Of a stretch of 64,000 nucleotides of DNA, positions 1 to 13,274 are shown piece by piece. A model generated the notes under the pieces. The model saw only the letters and a list, made by a program, of their open reading frames with translations. It was not told the DNA's origin and did not search any database. Positions within the stretch are counted from its first letter, which is position 1. Each line of letters begins with the position of its first letter. Source of the DNA: Lytechinus pictus (Eukaryota); assembly GCF_037042905.1 (NCBI RefSeq), contig NC_087252.1:24430001-24494000 (forward strand), written 5' to 3'. The position numbers were made by a program, and so were the translations under genes.

Positions 1-2166
1 TTGATTTTCCAAATCACACTAGAAGTGGTCATTTTGGCCATGTTTTGACCAAAAATGACAATTTTCATGATTTTTTTTGTCCGAAATGTGTTACAAACAT
101 TGACCAATACAAAGATTGGATGTCTTTAGAAATCCACATTTATTTTTAAAATGTGTGCTGGATCATAACAATCAACCTCATGTAATTTATTCTGTCAGTT
201 TTGGCCTATGATGGTCATTTTGGGTGCTTAAGACATAAACTGACCATTCGCGCAGTTATGCATTATAAACTGTTCAAATAGGCAGGAAATTGAGGTCTTA
301 AGCATGTATTTTCTGCTTCCCTTATTAAATGGTAATGTATTCATAGGTCCTTCTTGTGTAGAATTTTATGCTGATTCCAAATATATCACTCTTAATGACC
401 CTATTCAAAGGCTTATGGTCATTTTGGTCATTTATGTCCCTCAAAATGACCAATAATACAAGTTAAATTCATCAAAAAATACTACGAATGTTTCCAGAAT
501 CGTTACAAGGGTGTGCTGTGACACCTAACATTGATGTATTAATCCTTAAATTGAACATCTCAAAATTATTTTGACCTCATGTAACTTATTCCATCAGTTT
601 TGACCTATAAAGTCATTTTGGGTACTTTAGACATAACTGACCATTCGCTCAATTCTGCATAATAAACTGTGCAAATCGACAGGAATTTGAGGTCTTCAAC
701 ATGTATCTTCTAAATGCGATTGCATTTAAAGGTCTATCTTGTGTAGAATTTTATGCTGATTCCAAATACATCACTCTTAATGACCCTATTCAAAAGATTA
801 TGGTCATTTTGGCCACTTATGGTCCTCAAAATGACCAATAACATCAGTTCAATTTATCAAAATATATGTCGAATGTTACAAGAATCGTTACAAGGGTGTG
901 CTGTGACACCAAATATTGGTGTATTAATTATTTAAATTGAACATCTCAAAAGCTGAGTATTTTGACCTCATGTAACTTATCCCATCAGTTTTGACCTACA
1001 TGTATGAGGGTCATTTTGAGTAAATTAGATATTACTGACCATTCGCGCAGTTTTGCATAATAAACTGTTCAAATAGGCAGTAATTTGAGGTCTCCAGTGT
1101 GTATTATTTTCTTCCCCTATAAGATGGGAATGCATTTAAGGTCTATCTTGTGTAGAATTTTATAACTCAGTCTTATTGACCCTATTTAAAATCTTTTGGT
1201 CATTTTGGCCTCTTTTTGGCCCCAAAATGACTAATAACATAATTTATCCAATAATACTTAGAATGTTACCAGAATCATTACAAGGGTGTGCTGTGACACA
1301 TAACACTGGTGTATGAATCCTTGAAATTGAGCATCCCCAAAATATTTTTGCTAACTTGGTCATTTTGTCCACCTTGACCCCCGGGCTTGACCTCTGCCCA
1401 ATGTGTGTATTAATTCACCTTATAGCGAACATGGTGAGGATAGATTCAGGATTGCGTTAATATTAGCATCAGCTATTGTTAAATGGGAAAGTTTGAAAGC
1501 TTTTGGGTGAACATCAATACAATGATTTCATATAGTCCAGTGTTATTGGCCTAACTATTGGATCCTGGGCCATTTTGACCACTTTTTCCTCAATGACCAG
1601 TGACCACTCATGCTTTGATGATTTAAAAGGGGCTCAAATGTTGGTCATTATCATTGTCAGCATGAACTACCAATAATCGGTGAAGAGTGGTGATAAATGT
1701 GATGAAATCCTTTATATTGAGTATACATAAGGTTGTTTGACCATGCACTGTGGTCATTTTCATGATCTTAGCCACCTTGACCACAATGTGGAATGTAGCT
1801 ATAAATGGAAACTTCACATATATGGGGCAGCAAATTCAGGAATAAGACATTTTAGCATAATTCAATGTTAGTGCATATTTCTAATCTTCATGAAGTACAT
1901 TAATTCCTTTATGAGCTAGTACTCATTTTGGTCACTTTAGGTCCCGACAATGACCAATAACATTTGAATGTATCAAATCGGATTCAAATGTTGTTGTCGC
2001 TCTATAGTGTTAATAAGATGTATTATAATCAATCATTATAAGTGACAAGTGTAAATTAAATGTTGAATGTTTGAAAACACATTAAAAGATTGACCATATG
2101 AATAACTAAATAACAACGATCCATTTGTTTGCCCAATTCAGTTAAACAGGAGCTCTTGTTCCTTAA

Positions 2167-2742
2167 AGGTCAAGTCCACCACGAGAAAATGTTGATTTGA
2201 ATAAATAAAGAATAACACTGAAAATTTCATCAAAATCGGATGTAAAATAAGAATGATATGACATTTAAAAGCTTCGCATATTAAAAAAAAACCAATGATA
2301 TGCACAACTCAGTGACATGCAAATGAGACAGTCGATGATGTCCCTCACTCACTATTTCTTTTGTTTTTTTTATTGTTTGAATTACACAACATTTCATTTT
2401 TCTTTACAAATTTGACAATATTGACCAACTTGACTGAACCATATACATGTGCAGTATTTAACAATGCTAATTATCGTTGTTTCAATTGACAATAAGGAGA
2501 AAATTAGAATATTTCATATTTCCTATAATAAAATACAAAAGAAATAGTGAGTGAATGACGTCATCAGTCTCCTCATTTACATACCGACCATGATGTGCAT
2601 AAGTTATGTGAAATTAAGCGAAATTTTTAAGTCTCATAACTTTCTTATTATACATCCGATTTTGATTAAATTTTCAGTGTTTTGCTTGGTGGATATTTCT
2701 CTTTTTATTTAATTAAACTGTTTGTTGAGGTGGACTTGTCCT
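2167..2742. mobile_element. Kolobok/T2-type MITE
   Basis: TTAA|AGGTCAAGTCCACC...GGTGGACTTGTCCT|TTGA. Empty site visible in the paralogue at 7188. Confidence 0.8.
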
Positions 2743-3016
2743 TTGAACATGAACCTGTCTCAGTGTCATCTTTATCAGGAAATTCAATCGAAAAGTGCCT
2801 ACCCATTTCCGCATTAGATAAAGACAGATATCATTCCGTTTTTCTTGATTACCTCGAAATGAAAAGATTCTATTTTTATATCTCGTAACTGCATGGTCGT
2901 TCTATATTCACTATCATGCTATCAAAATTCAAATTAATCCAAGGGGGAAACACCCTCAAATACCCACCTCTGAAATATCGAACATATTTTGATTTTTAAT
3001 CTATTCGGACGAGTGC

Positions 3017-3853
3017 TACGCAAAAACTGTAATGTTGACCGGTGTACATAGAGGGTTCAATGATATTTGCTACGGCGACAATTACTCCACTGTAAATTCC
3101 GTACTAATGGAATAACCAATTTCAACCCTGGATTTAACGCTATATACCATATTCTCAACCTAAACCTAAATCTTACATAACACCCAATTGCAACCGCATA
3201 ACCCTTACCCTATATCATCGAAGAAATAAGCCCGTAACAATTGTCGCCGGAGCAATTGTCGTGTCACCACATAAAGTAAAACACCAGTCATTTTACTCCA
3301 TTGTTAAACGGTGTTAGTCAAACACGTATTCATGGACGCTTAGTTGAACACATAGAGGGTGTCATTACAGCACCTTTGGTTGTTACTTTGACACTCGTTG
3401 GTATTATTGTTACGTTATAAGTATAAGGTATTACTTTCCGCCATTTCACACGGTACCAAAATCGTAATTTGAATGATGATTCCAGTGATAAATAATTCTA
3501 ATGACGATTTTTTAACAAGTGTAAAACCAAACTAGAATCACGACCGCTAATCACAATCACGTACGAATTCAAATTCTACTCCGGAGGTAAATTCCAGTAG
3601 AGTTTCACTGAAATTACGGTACGAATTTTACGTGTGAACGGATTTACCTTCAAAACGTCTTTAAAGGGGCGGAGCTTACATGGCCTTTCAAGAACTTGGT
3701 TTCTTTTTTGCTAAAGATGAATTGCAATCATCATTACAAGGACGGTTCAACATTCTCGTGTGAAAAGGCCCTTAGACACCTAGCTTAGGGTATAGGGCCC
3801 TCTTTATGGACACCAACCTGGTGTCAGTCTTAACATATCAGTTTTTACAGTGT
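3017..3853. mobile_element. nest of three MITEs (outer element ending CAGTTTTTACAGTG, inner elements at ~3053-3268 and ~3438-3770)
   Basis: Inverted pairs GGCGACAATTACTCC/GGAGCAATTGTCG and TTTCACACG/CGTGTGAAA inside AAAAACTG...CAGTTTTT. Confidence 0.55.
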
Positions 3854-4642
3854 GTATATTTTGACTGGTGTCCAACACAACGCACTGCAGTACGGTCTCA
3901 GTTGTAAAATGTTTCGCACTCATTCACTGTAACAAATATATATTTACCTTGGAGCTGAGCTGATTGGATAAATACCTGGCCAAGGTCAATATGTCAGTGC
4001 GATTTTGTATGATATTTTCAGTTTTTCCCATTTTCAATAAGTGCAGCAGTGCTTGTCATTTCTTTTTATATTTCCTTCTCACTGAGTGCATACTAAATTA
4101 TCATACCCGTATTGGGGCGGTGGCTGCGGAGAACACTAATCATGTTCTTGCTATTACACAGTAATGCGCCAAACATGCCAAAAGTTAGCGGCTGCTACTT
4201 TACCGGGCGCCATTTTTAAAAAGGTTTCTGTCTGGTAAGACGCTTTTATAGTGCCATTTCTTGGCATTGCCACTGTTCTGCCATGGTTACATTTCCGAGT
4301 GAAGACTGTAATAGTTTTGCTGCCAATCAACTTGGGTAAGAGGACAACATTTACTATATATTGTGTTGACTTTTAACAGATTTATATAACACGGAAATCA
4401 ATAAAATGCATATGTCTCAAAGTTGCCTATTCAAATTAAACTGTCAGTTTTCATACATTTCAGTTTTGCAGAGTGGGGCAGGCCATTAAGCTGGAATTTA
4501 AACATTGCTTTCCTTTAAAAAGCAAAGAAGATCACGGTGATATAGGTGTCCATAATTGAGGGATGTTTGACATAATTTAAAAGACTCAATGTTTTATGAA
4601 AACTGTGTATGATTTTATGATTCACTCTTGAAGATATGTATA

Positions 4643-5389
4643 GCAGAGGGGTCAATCCTGGGGGGGGGGGGGGGCGATCGCCCCACCAATGAAAATATTG
4701 GGGGGGGGGCAAACATATCGTTTGCCCCCCCAATGATTTCACATGTGCAAAAGTTAAATAAGATTGTAATGTTAAACCGAAATCAGCAAGCGAGATTGAA
4801 ATACACAACTCGTTCTTTATTTAAAATCATGCTAAAAATTTCCGCTTTCCAGATTGAAATATAAAAAATTTCAGCTCGCACTTCGCGCTCGCATCATTTC
4901 TGTAGCAAAACCCCATACTTTTTATGATTAAATATATGTGAATAGAATGTACCCTTTTCAGTTCTAATCAAAAGAACACCCGCTTTGATTTGCAATAATC
5001 TTTTGTTGGATATAATCTTGTTCTCTATTAAAAACGTCCATTAAACTGTCATTTTTTCAGATCGAAATATCAAAATTTGAAGATCGCGCTTCGCGCTCGC
5101 ATCTATTGTTTTTTTAGATACCCATCTTAATCATTGGTACCAAAGTGCTTAGAATATAAACCTTTCTGGTCAGAATATAAAGAAATTTTAGCTCGCCCTC
5201 GGCACTCGCATTATCTGTGTAGTGAGATATGTATCCTCATTATGAGTTACTACAAACAGTCCTAAACAGGCACCTTTTTTCAGGTCAGTATACTATAAAA
5301 AAATTCAGCTCGCGCTTCGCGCTCACATTAATTTGTTGGTGAGATGTGTGTCTCTATCTCATTAGTCATATAGATATATATGTATATAC

Positions 5390-5433
<44 letters not shown>

Positions 5434-5532
5434 CTTTTTTCAACATTTTCTTTTATGGCGCCGGTAAAGTGCAAAAATTTGTGCGCCGCTCTGCAGTGCG
5501 CCCCCCCTTTCGCAAAAAGCTGGATCCGCCTA
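4643..5532. mobile_element. non-autonomous element with poly-G/C ends and ~115-120-bp GCTCGCGCTTCGCGCTCGC subrepeats
   Basis: Motif recurs at ~4874, 5082, 5190, 5307. Same repeat family at 32030-32900, 35020-35700 and 62480-64000. Confidence 0.6.
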
Positions 5533-5537
5533 TGCGC

Positions 5538-5718
5538 TGTGCTGCACTCGACCCAGGTGAGGTAAATGGATACCGGCAGGAAGTAATTCCTCAAAAAGCT
5601 GTGCACACCAAAATCGGTGGACTAGCTTAGTAGGGGTAATATAGGAGCGCCTTGAGCACCTAGCAAGATGGAAATATGCGCTATACAAATCCTTTATTAT
5701 TTTATTATTTATTTATTA
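5538..5718 (+). mobile_element. 5'-truncated tRNA-derived SINE (core + tail)
   Basis: TGTGCTGCACTCGACCCAGGTGAGG core shared with the 24651 and 46652 copies. GCGCTATACAAAT plus TTA-rich tail. Confidence 0.8.
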
Positions 5719-6089
5719 ATGTGCTGTTTTTCAAGTTACCACAAATTTTTTGTGGTGGTCTGTAATGGCATATAATTAATTTTTCAAGGCACCCTTATTC
5801 CCGATTATGATGACACATTCTTCTCGCCAGTAAGAAATATTCTCGGTGAATTAATTTCGACTGCTTATAAAAGTGAGTTTCCGAATTTTGGTTCAAAAGG
5901 AGGCACGATTTTGGAAATCATTTTCTCCCCCAAGCTTTACATTGGTAGGTCATTTGTCTATTTATTTATGATTAAGTTATGATAAATCATCGCTAGATCT
6001 CGGTTTTGTTTTTTCTCGGACGCGCTGTACATCGACCATCATTAATGATGGTGACAGTGAAGGCCTATCACGGTTTTATGGTTGTTTAA

Positions 6090-6805
6090 ATGGGTTAGTT
6101 TTTACCCAAAAAATATTGGATTACCAAATTATTCAGTGAGCAAAAACAATTCGAAGAAAGGATGCCAAAAACTCATTTGGCGGGGGGTATCTGAATTTCA
6201 AAAAGAAAATCACATGCCTAAAAAGTTCAATATCTGCCCTTTTCTCTGATACCTTAATCACAGAAAATGGTCAAGAAGTAAATAAGTTATGATCCCTCAA
6301 AATAATGCTTGTACTTCCATAATTTCATTAAATAAACGTGTTTTCACCGGTTTCCCACAGAAGCTATCGCACAGTAACAAAAGACTTTATGCGTGGCTGA
6401 TCGTCAACAAAACGGAGTGTCGAGTGAGTTTGAACGCTAGCCTGTAAAACCTTTTCATTTCATGAAATTATTGAAATTCAAGCCTTATTTCAAATAACCG
6501 GAACTTTGTTATTTCTTGACCATTTTCTGTAATTGAGGTATCAAACTAAAGAGCAGATATTGAACTTTTTAGAAATGTGGTTTTCTTTTTAAAACCCTGA
6601 TACGGCCCGCCAAGTGACTTTTTGGTATCCCCTTTTCAAATTGTTTTTGCTCACTCATGCGTGAATGAGAAATAATCTAAGTAATACAGATGAAAGAGGA
6701 GATTCTAAGCTTTAAAATGGTAGTCCATTTGTCTATTGTATTTGTGATTAAGTTATGATAAATCATCGATAAATCTCGGTTTCGTTTTTTGTGGGACGCA
6801 CTGTA
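6090..6805. mobile_element. Tc1/mariner-type MITE remnant with ~150-bp internal inverted repeats
   Basis: 6136-6290 is inverted to 6503-6655. Ends ...GGGACGCACTG|TA. A second similar right end occurs at ~5940-6029. Confidence 0.6.
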
Positions 6806-7097
6806 TATTGGTATCACCCCCTGTCCAACTGCTCAGACTACATTCCGATGTTGAATAATAAGAAGTTATGACAATTATAATTTTCTAAACAGTAATTACT
6901 ACGTCTAAATCTGCAGTGGTCATATGGCGTGAGGTAATCTATGACGTTAAAATTTTGTATTCCCTTTTATTAGGCCTACATTTGCACGATTTGAAATATA
7001 GATCTCTTCGTCCTGCCTGTGGAATATGGATCTCTTCATTGAATCATAGAAGTATTAATTTAATTTAAAAGCTTGTAAATTAAATTTTGAATATTTT

Positions 7098-8080
7098 GAA
7101 AACACATTAAAAAATTTAGCACATGAATAACCAAGTAACAATGATCCATTTGTTTGCCCAATTCAGTTAAAGAGGAGCTCTTGTTCCTTATACATGAACC
7201 TGTCTCAGTGTCATCTTTATCAGGAAATTCAATCGAAAAGTGCCTACCCATTTCCGCATTAGATAAAGACAGCTATAATTTCGTTTTTCTCTAAATATAT
7301 TCAATATCATGTTATCGAAATTTAAATTAATCCAAGGGGGGGGGGGGGAACTCCCTCAATTACCCACCTCTGAAATATCGAACATATTTTGATTTTCAAT
7401 CTATTCGGACGAGAGCTACGCAAAAACTGTAATGTTGACCGGTGTACATAGAGGATTCAATGACATTTGCTACGGCGACCATTACTCCACTGTAAATTCC
7501 ATACTAATGGAATGACCAATTTCAACCCTGGATTTAACGCTGAGTACCATATTCTAAACCTAAACCTAAATCTAACATGACACCCTATTGCAACCGCATA
7601 ATCCTTACCCTATGTAATCGAAGAAATAAGCCCGTAACAATTGTCGCTGGAGCAATTGTCGTGTCACCACATCAAGTAAAACACCAGTCATTTTACTCCA
7701 TTGTTAAACAGTGTTAGGCAAACACGTATTCATTGACGCTTAGTTGAACACATAGAGGGTGTCATTACAGCAACTTTGGTTGCTATTTTGACACTCATTG
7801 GTATTATTGTTACGTTATAAGTATAAGGTATAAATTTCCGCCCTTTCACACGGTACCAAAATCGTAATTTGAATGATGATTCCAGAGATTAATAATTTTA
7901 ATGACGATTTTTAACAAGTGTGAAACCAAACTAGAATCACGACCGCTAATCACAATCACGTACGAATTCAAATTCTACTCTGGAGGTAAATTCCAGTAGA
8001 GTTTCACTGAAATTACGGTACGAATTTTACGTGTGAACGGATTGACCTTCAAAAAAAAATCTTTTAAGGGGCCGAGCTTA
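7098..8080 (+). repeat. older diverged paralogue of 2072-3680 / 10424-12118, lacking the TTAA MITE
   Basis: Colinear, with many substitutions. Empty site ccTTATacatg at 7188-7191. Confidence 0.9.
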
Positions 8081-10420
8081 TAGTCTAGGAGATAGGGGGC
8101 TTTATTCAGAATTTTTGGTGGGGAAGGTTTGACAGGCTTATCCGGGGTAAAATTGTGTGCTGATTCCAAAAATGTCAGTCTCATTGACCGTACTCACGAC
8201 ATTTTAGCCATTTTGGCCAATTATTGACCAAAAATGACCAATTTGACCACTCTTTGGAAAATAGTCCCTTAACAGAATGCTTTTGTAACCACATCCAATT
8301 AAAAGGGTCTATCCTAAGCAAAAAAATACACACAGATTCCAAATAAAGTAATTTGATTTTCCAAATCACACTAGAAGTGGTCATTTTGGCCATGTTTTGA
8401 CCAAAAATGACAATTTTCATGATTTTTTTTGTCCGAAATGTGTTACAAACATTGACCAATACAAAGATTGGATGTCTTTAGAAATCCACATTTATTTTTA
8501 AAATGTGTGCTGGATCATAACAATCAACCTCATGTAATTTATTCTGTCAGTTTTGGCCTATGATGGTCATTTTGGGTGCTTAAGACATAAACTGACCATT
8601 CGCGCAGTTATGCATTATAAACTGTTCAAATAGGCAGGAAATTGAGGTCTTAAGCATGTATTTTCTGCTTCCCTTATTAAATGGTAATGTATTCATAGGT
8701 CCTTCTTGTGTAGAATTTTATGCTGATTCCAAATATATCACTCTTAATGACCCTATTCAAAGGCTTATGGTCATTTTGGTCATTTATGTCCCTCAAAATG
8801 ACCAATAATACAAGTTAAATTCATCAAAAAATACTACGAATGTTTCCAGAATCGTTACAAGGGTGTGCTGTGACACCTAACATTGATGTATTAATCCTTA
8901 AATTGAACATCTCAAAATTATTTTGACCTCATGTAACTTATTCCATCAGTTTTGACCTATAAAGTCATTTTGGGTACTTTAGACATAACTGACCATTCGC
9001 TCAATTCTGCATAATAAACTGTGCAAATCGACAGGAATTTGAGGTCTTCAACATGTATCTTCTAAATGCGATTGCATTTAAAGGTCTATCTTGTGTAGAA
9101 TTTTATGCTGATTCCAAATACATCACTCTTAATGACCCTATTCAAAAGATTATGGTCATTTTGGCCACTTATGGTCCTCAAAATGACCAATAACATCAGT
9201 TCAATTTATCAAAATATATGTCGAATGTTACAAGAATCGTTACAAGGGTGTGCTGTGACACCAAATATTGGTGTATTAATTATTTAAATTGAACATCTCA
9301 AAAGCTGAGTATTTTGACCTCATGTAACTTATCCCATCAGTTTTGACCTACATGTATGAGGGTCATTTTGAGTAAATTAGATATTACTGACCATTCGCGC
9401 AGTTTTGCATAATAAACTGTTCAAATAGGCAGTAATTTGAGGTCTCCAGTGTGTATTATTTTCTTCCCCTATAAGATGGGAATGCATTTAAGGTCTATCT
9501 TGTGTAGAATTTTATAACTCAGTCTTATTGACCCTATTTAAAATCTTTTGGTCATTTTGGCCTCTTTTTGGCCCCAAAATGACTAATAACATAATTCATC
9601 CAATAATACTTAGAATGTTACCAGAATCATTACAAGGGTGTGCTGTGACACATAACACTGGTGTATGAATCTTTGAAATTGAGCATCCCCAAAATATTTT
9701 TGCTAACTTGGTCATTTTGTCCACCTTGACCCCCGGGCTTGACCTCTGCCCAATGTGTGTATTAATTCACCTTATAGCGAACACGGTGAGGATAGATTCA
9801 GGATTGCGTTAATATTAGCATCAGCTATTGTTAAATGGGAAAGTTTGAAAGCTTTTGGGTGAACATCAATACAATGATTTCATATAGTCCAGTGTTATTG
9901 GCCTAACTATTGGATCCTGTGCCATTTTGACCACTTTTTCCTCAATGACCAGTGACCACTCATGCTTTGATGATTTAAAAGGTGCTCAAATGTTGGTCAT
10001 TATCATTGTCAGCATGAACTACCAATAATCGGTGAAGAGTGGTGATAAATGTGATGAAATCCTTTATATTGAGTATACATAAGGTTGTTTGACCATGCAC
10101 TGTGGTCATTTTCATGATTTTAGCCACCTTGACCACAATGTGGAATGTAGCTATAAATGGAAACTTCACATATATGGGGCAGCAAATTCAGGAATAAGAC
10201 ATTTTAGCATAATTCAATGTTAGTGCATATTTCTAATCTTCATGAAGTAAATTAATTCCTTAATGAGCTAGTACTCATTTTGGTCAGTTTAGGTCCCGAC
10301 AATGACCAATAACATTTGAATGTATCAAATCGGATTCAAATGTTGTTGTCGCTCTTTATTGTTAATAAGATGTATCATAATCAATCATTATAAGTGACAA
10401 GTGTAAATCAAATGTTGAAT
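8081..10420 (+). mobile_element. probable Academ-like/foldback element arm with ~390-bp internal repeats (second copy at <1-2070)
   Basis: Starts TAGTCTAGG exactly where homology to 3680 breaks. Three ~390-bp subrepeats (CCTCATGTAA at ~176, 575, 966 in copy 1). No opposite terminus found. Confidence 0.5.
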
Positions 10421-10518
10421 GTTTGAAAACACATTAAAAGATTGACCATATGAATAACTAAATAACAACGATCCATTTGTTTGCCCAATTCAGTTAAACA
10501 GGAGCTCTTGTTCCTTAA

Positions 10519-11180
10519 AGGTCAAGTCCACCACGAGAAAATGTTGATTTGAATAAATAAAGAATAACACTGAAAATTTCATCAAAATCGGATGTAAAAT
10601 AAGAATGATATGACATTTAAAAGTTTCGCATATTTAAAAAAAAAACAATGATATGCACAACTCAGTGACATGCAAATGAGACAGTCGATGATGTCCCTCA
10701 TTCACTATTTCTTTTGTTTTTTTTATTGTTTGAATTACACAACATTTCATTTTTCTTTACAAATTTGACAATATTGACCAACTTGACTGAACCATATAGT
10801 ATTTAACAATGCTAATTATCGTTGTTTCAATTGACAATGAGGAGCAAATTAGAATATTTCATATTTCCTATAATAAAATACAAAAGAAATAGTGAGTGAA
10901 TGACGTCATCAGTCTCCTCATTTACATACCGACCAAGATGTGCATAAGTTATGTGAAATTAAGCGAAATTTTTAAGTGTCATAACTTTCTTATTATACAT
11001 CCGATTTTGATTAAATTTTCAGTGTTTTGCTTGTTGGATATTTCTCTTTTTATTTAATTAAACTGTTTGTTGTTATTTGTTCTTATTATACATCCGATTT
11101 TGATTAAATTTTCAGTGTTTTGCTTGTTGGATATTTCTCTTTTTATTTAATTAAACTGTTTGTTGAGGTGGACTTGTCCT
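10519..11180. mobile_element. Kolobok/T2-type MITE, duplicate copy with internal 93-bp-period duplication
   Basis: Same termini as 2167-2742. Sequence from 10987 repeats at 11080. Confidence 0.8.
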
Positions 11181-12401
11181 TTGAACATGAACCTGTCTCA
11201 GTGTCATCTTTATCAGGAAATTCAATCGAAAAGTGCCTACCCATTTCCGCATTAGATAAAGACAGATATCATTCCGTTTTTCTTGATTACCTCGAAATGA
11301 AAAGATTCTATTTTTATATCTCGTAACTGCATGGTCGTTCTATATTCACTATCATGCTATCAAAATTCAAATTAATCCAAGGGGGAAACACCCTCAAATA
11401 CCCACCTCTGAAATATCGAACATATTTTGATTTTTAATCTATTCGGACGAGTGCTACGCAAAAACTGTAATGTTGACCGGTGTACATAGAGGGTTCAATG
11501 ACATTTGCTACGGCGACAATTACTCCACTGTAAATTCCGTACTAATGGAATAACCAATTTCAACCCTGGATTTAACGCCATATACCATATTCTCAACCTA
11601 AACCTAAATCTTACATAACACCCAATTGCAACCGCATAACCCTTACCCTATATCATCGAAGAAATAAGCCCGTAACAATTGTCGCCGGAGCAATTGTCGT
11701 GTCACCACATAAAGTAAAACACCAGTCATTTTACTCCATTGTTAAACGGTGTTAGTCAAACACGTAATCATTGACGCTTAGTTGAACACATAGAGGGTGT
11801 CATTACAGCACCTTTAGTTGTTACTTTGACACTCGTTGGTATTATTGTTACGTTATAAGTATAATGTATTACTTTCCGCCATTTCACACGGTACCAAAAT
11901 CGTAATTTGAATGATGATTCCAGTGATAAATAATTCTAATGACGATTTTTAACAAGTGTGAAACCAAACTAGAATCACGACCGCTAATCACAATCACGTA
12001 CGAATTCAAATTCTACTCCGGAGGTAAATTCCAGTAGAGTTTCACTGAAATTACGGTACGAATTTTACGTGTGAACGGATTGACCTTCAAAACGTCTTTA
12101 AAGGGGCGGAGCTTACATGACCTTTCAAGAACTTGGTTTCTTTTTTGCTAAAGATGAATTGCAATCATCATTACAAGGACGGTTCAACATTCTCGTGTGA
12201 AAAGGCCCTTAGACACCTAGCTTAGGGTATAGGGCCCTCTTTATTGACACCAACCTGGTGTCAGTCTTAACATATCAGTTTTTACAGTGTGTATATTTTG
12301 ACTGGTGTCCAACACAACGCACTGCAGTACGGTCTCAGTTGTAAAATGTTTCGCACTCATTCACTGTAACAAATATATATTTACCTTGGAGCTGAGCTGA
12401 T

Positions 12402-13274
12402 AATAATAATAATAATAATAATGGTTATTTATCTGCGCTATACACAAAAAGTATCACAGCGCTTACAATCAGAAATAAAATATAAATATAAATGATACGT
12501 AACAAACATGTAGAATTATATACATTAAATTGCATCAACCATTGGTGTTCTCAACTGTGCCAGATGAGGCCTGGTGGCCTCTTGCTTGCTGCTTCGTTCA
12601 CCAACAATTTAAGGGACAAGCCCGGTCAGCACATCATTCACAGAAGCTCTAGTATAGCACTTGAGGCCACCAGGCCCCAGATGGGTTAGCCAAGTCAAAC
12701 CAAATAGTGATAGCAAAATCATCAAAACAAATACACATTAAATAAATGAAAATATAAAACTAGATATTTGGAAAAAGATATGACTTGAGTTGTCGTTTGA
12801 AAGATGATATGGTCGGTGTTGTTCGGATGGAAGAGGGGAGAGTATTCCAAAGTCTAGATCCAGCTACACTAAAACGTTTTTCTGCCATGGAGAGGTTTGT
12901 TCTCGGAATAACAAGTTTGGTGGTATCGTTTAGGGAACGTAGGATACGAGCAGGTGTGTAATGAGCAATTGTGTTTACAAGATATGAAGGACCAGTACTG
13001 TTAATCAATTTATAAATGTACAGACAAAGTTTGAACATGACACGTTGAGAAAAAGGGAGCCAATGGAGTTCCCTAATCAAAGGAGACGTATGTATATTGC
13101 GACCAACTGAAAACACTAAACGTGCGGCACGATTCTGAACACTTTGAAGTTTTTTCTGATCTTTAACACAAAGAACTGAAAAGAGACTGTTACAATAGTC
13201 AAGTCGAGAAAGTACAAGTGCCCTAACTGCATGATGGCAAGTTTTTTCATTGATAAATCTTCTAATGCGCCACA
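12402..13274 (-). mobile_element. 5'-truncated L2/CR1-group LINE (ORF2 C-terminus, 3' UTR, (TTA)n tail)
   Basis: ALVLSRLDYCNSL, LQSVQNRAARL, LHWLP, RFSVAGSRLWNTLP, FKRQLKSYLF are typical post-RT L2 motifs. Tail at 12402-12422. Absent from copy 1 at 3962. Confidence 0.93.

Noticed and set aside
3150..3212. Telomere-like AACCT/AACCC repeats
   Set aside because: Short, degenerate and internal to a MITE.
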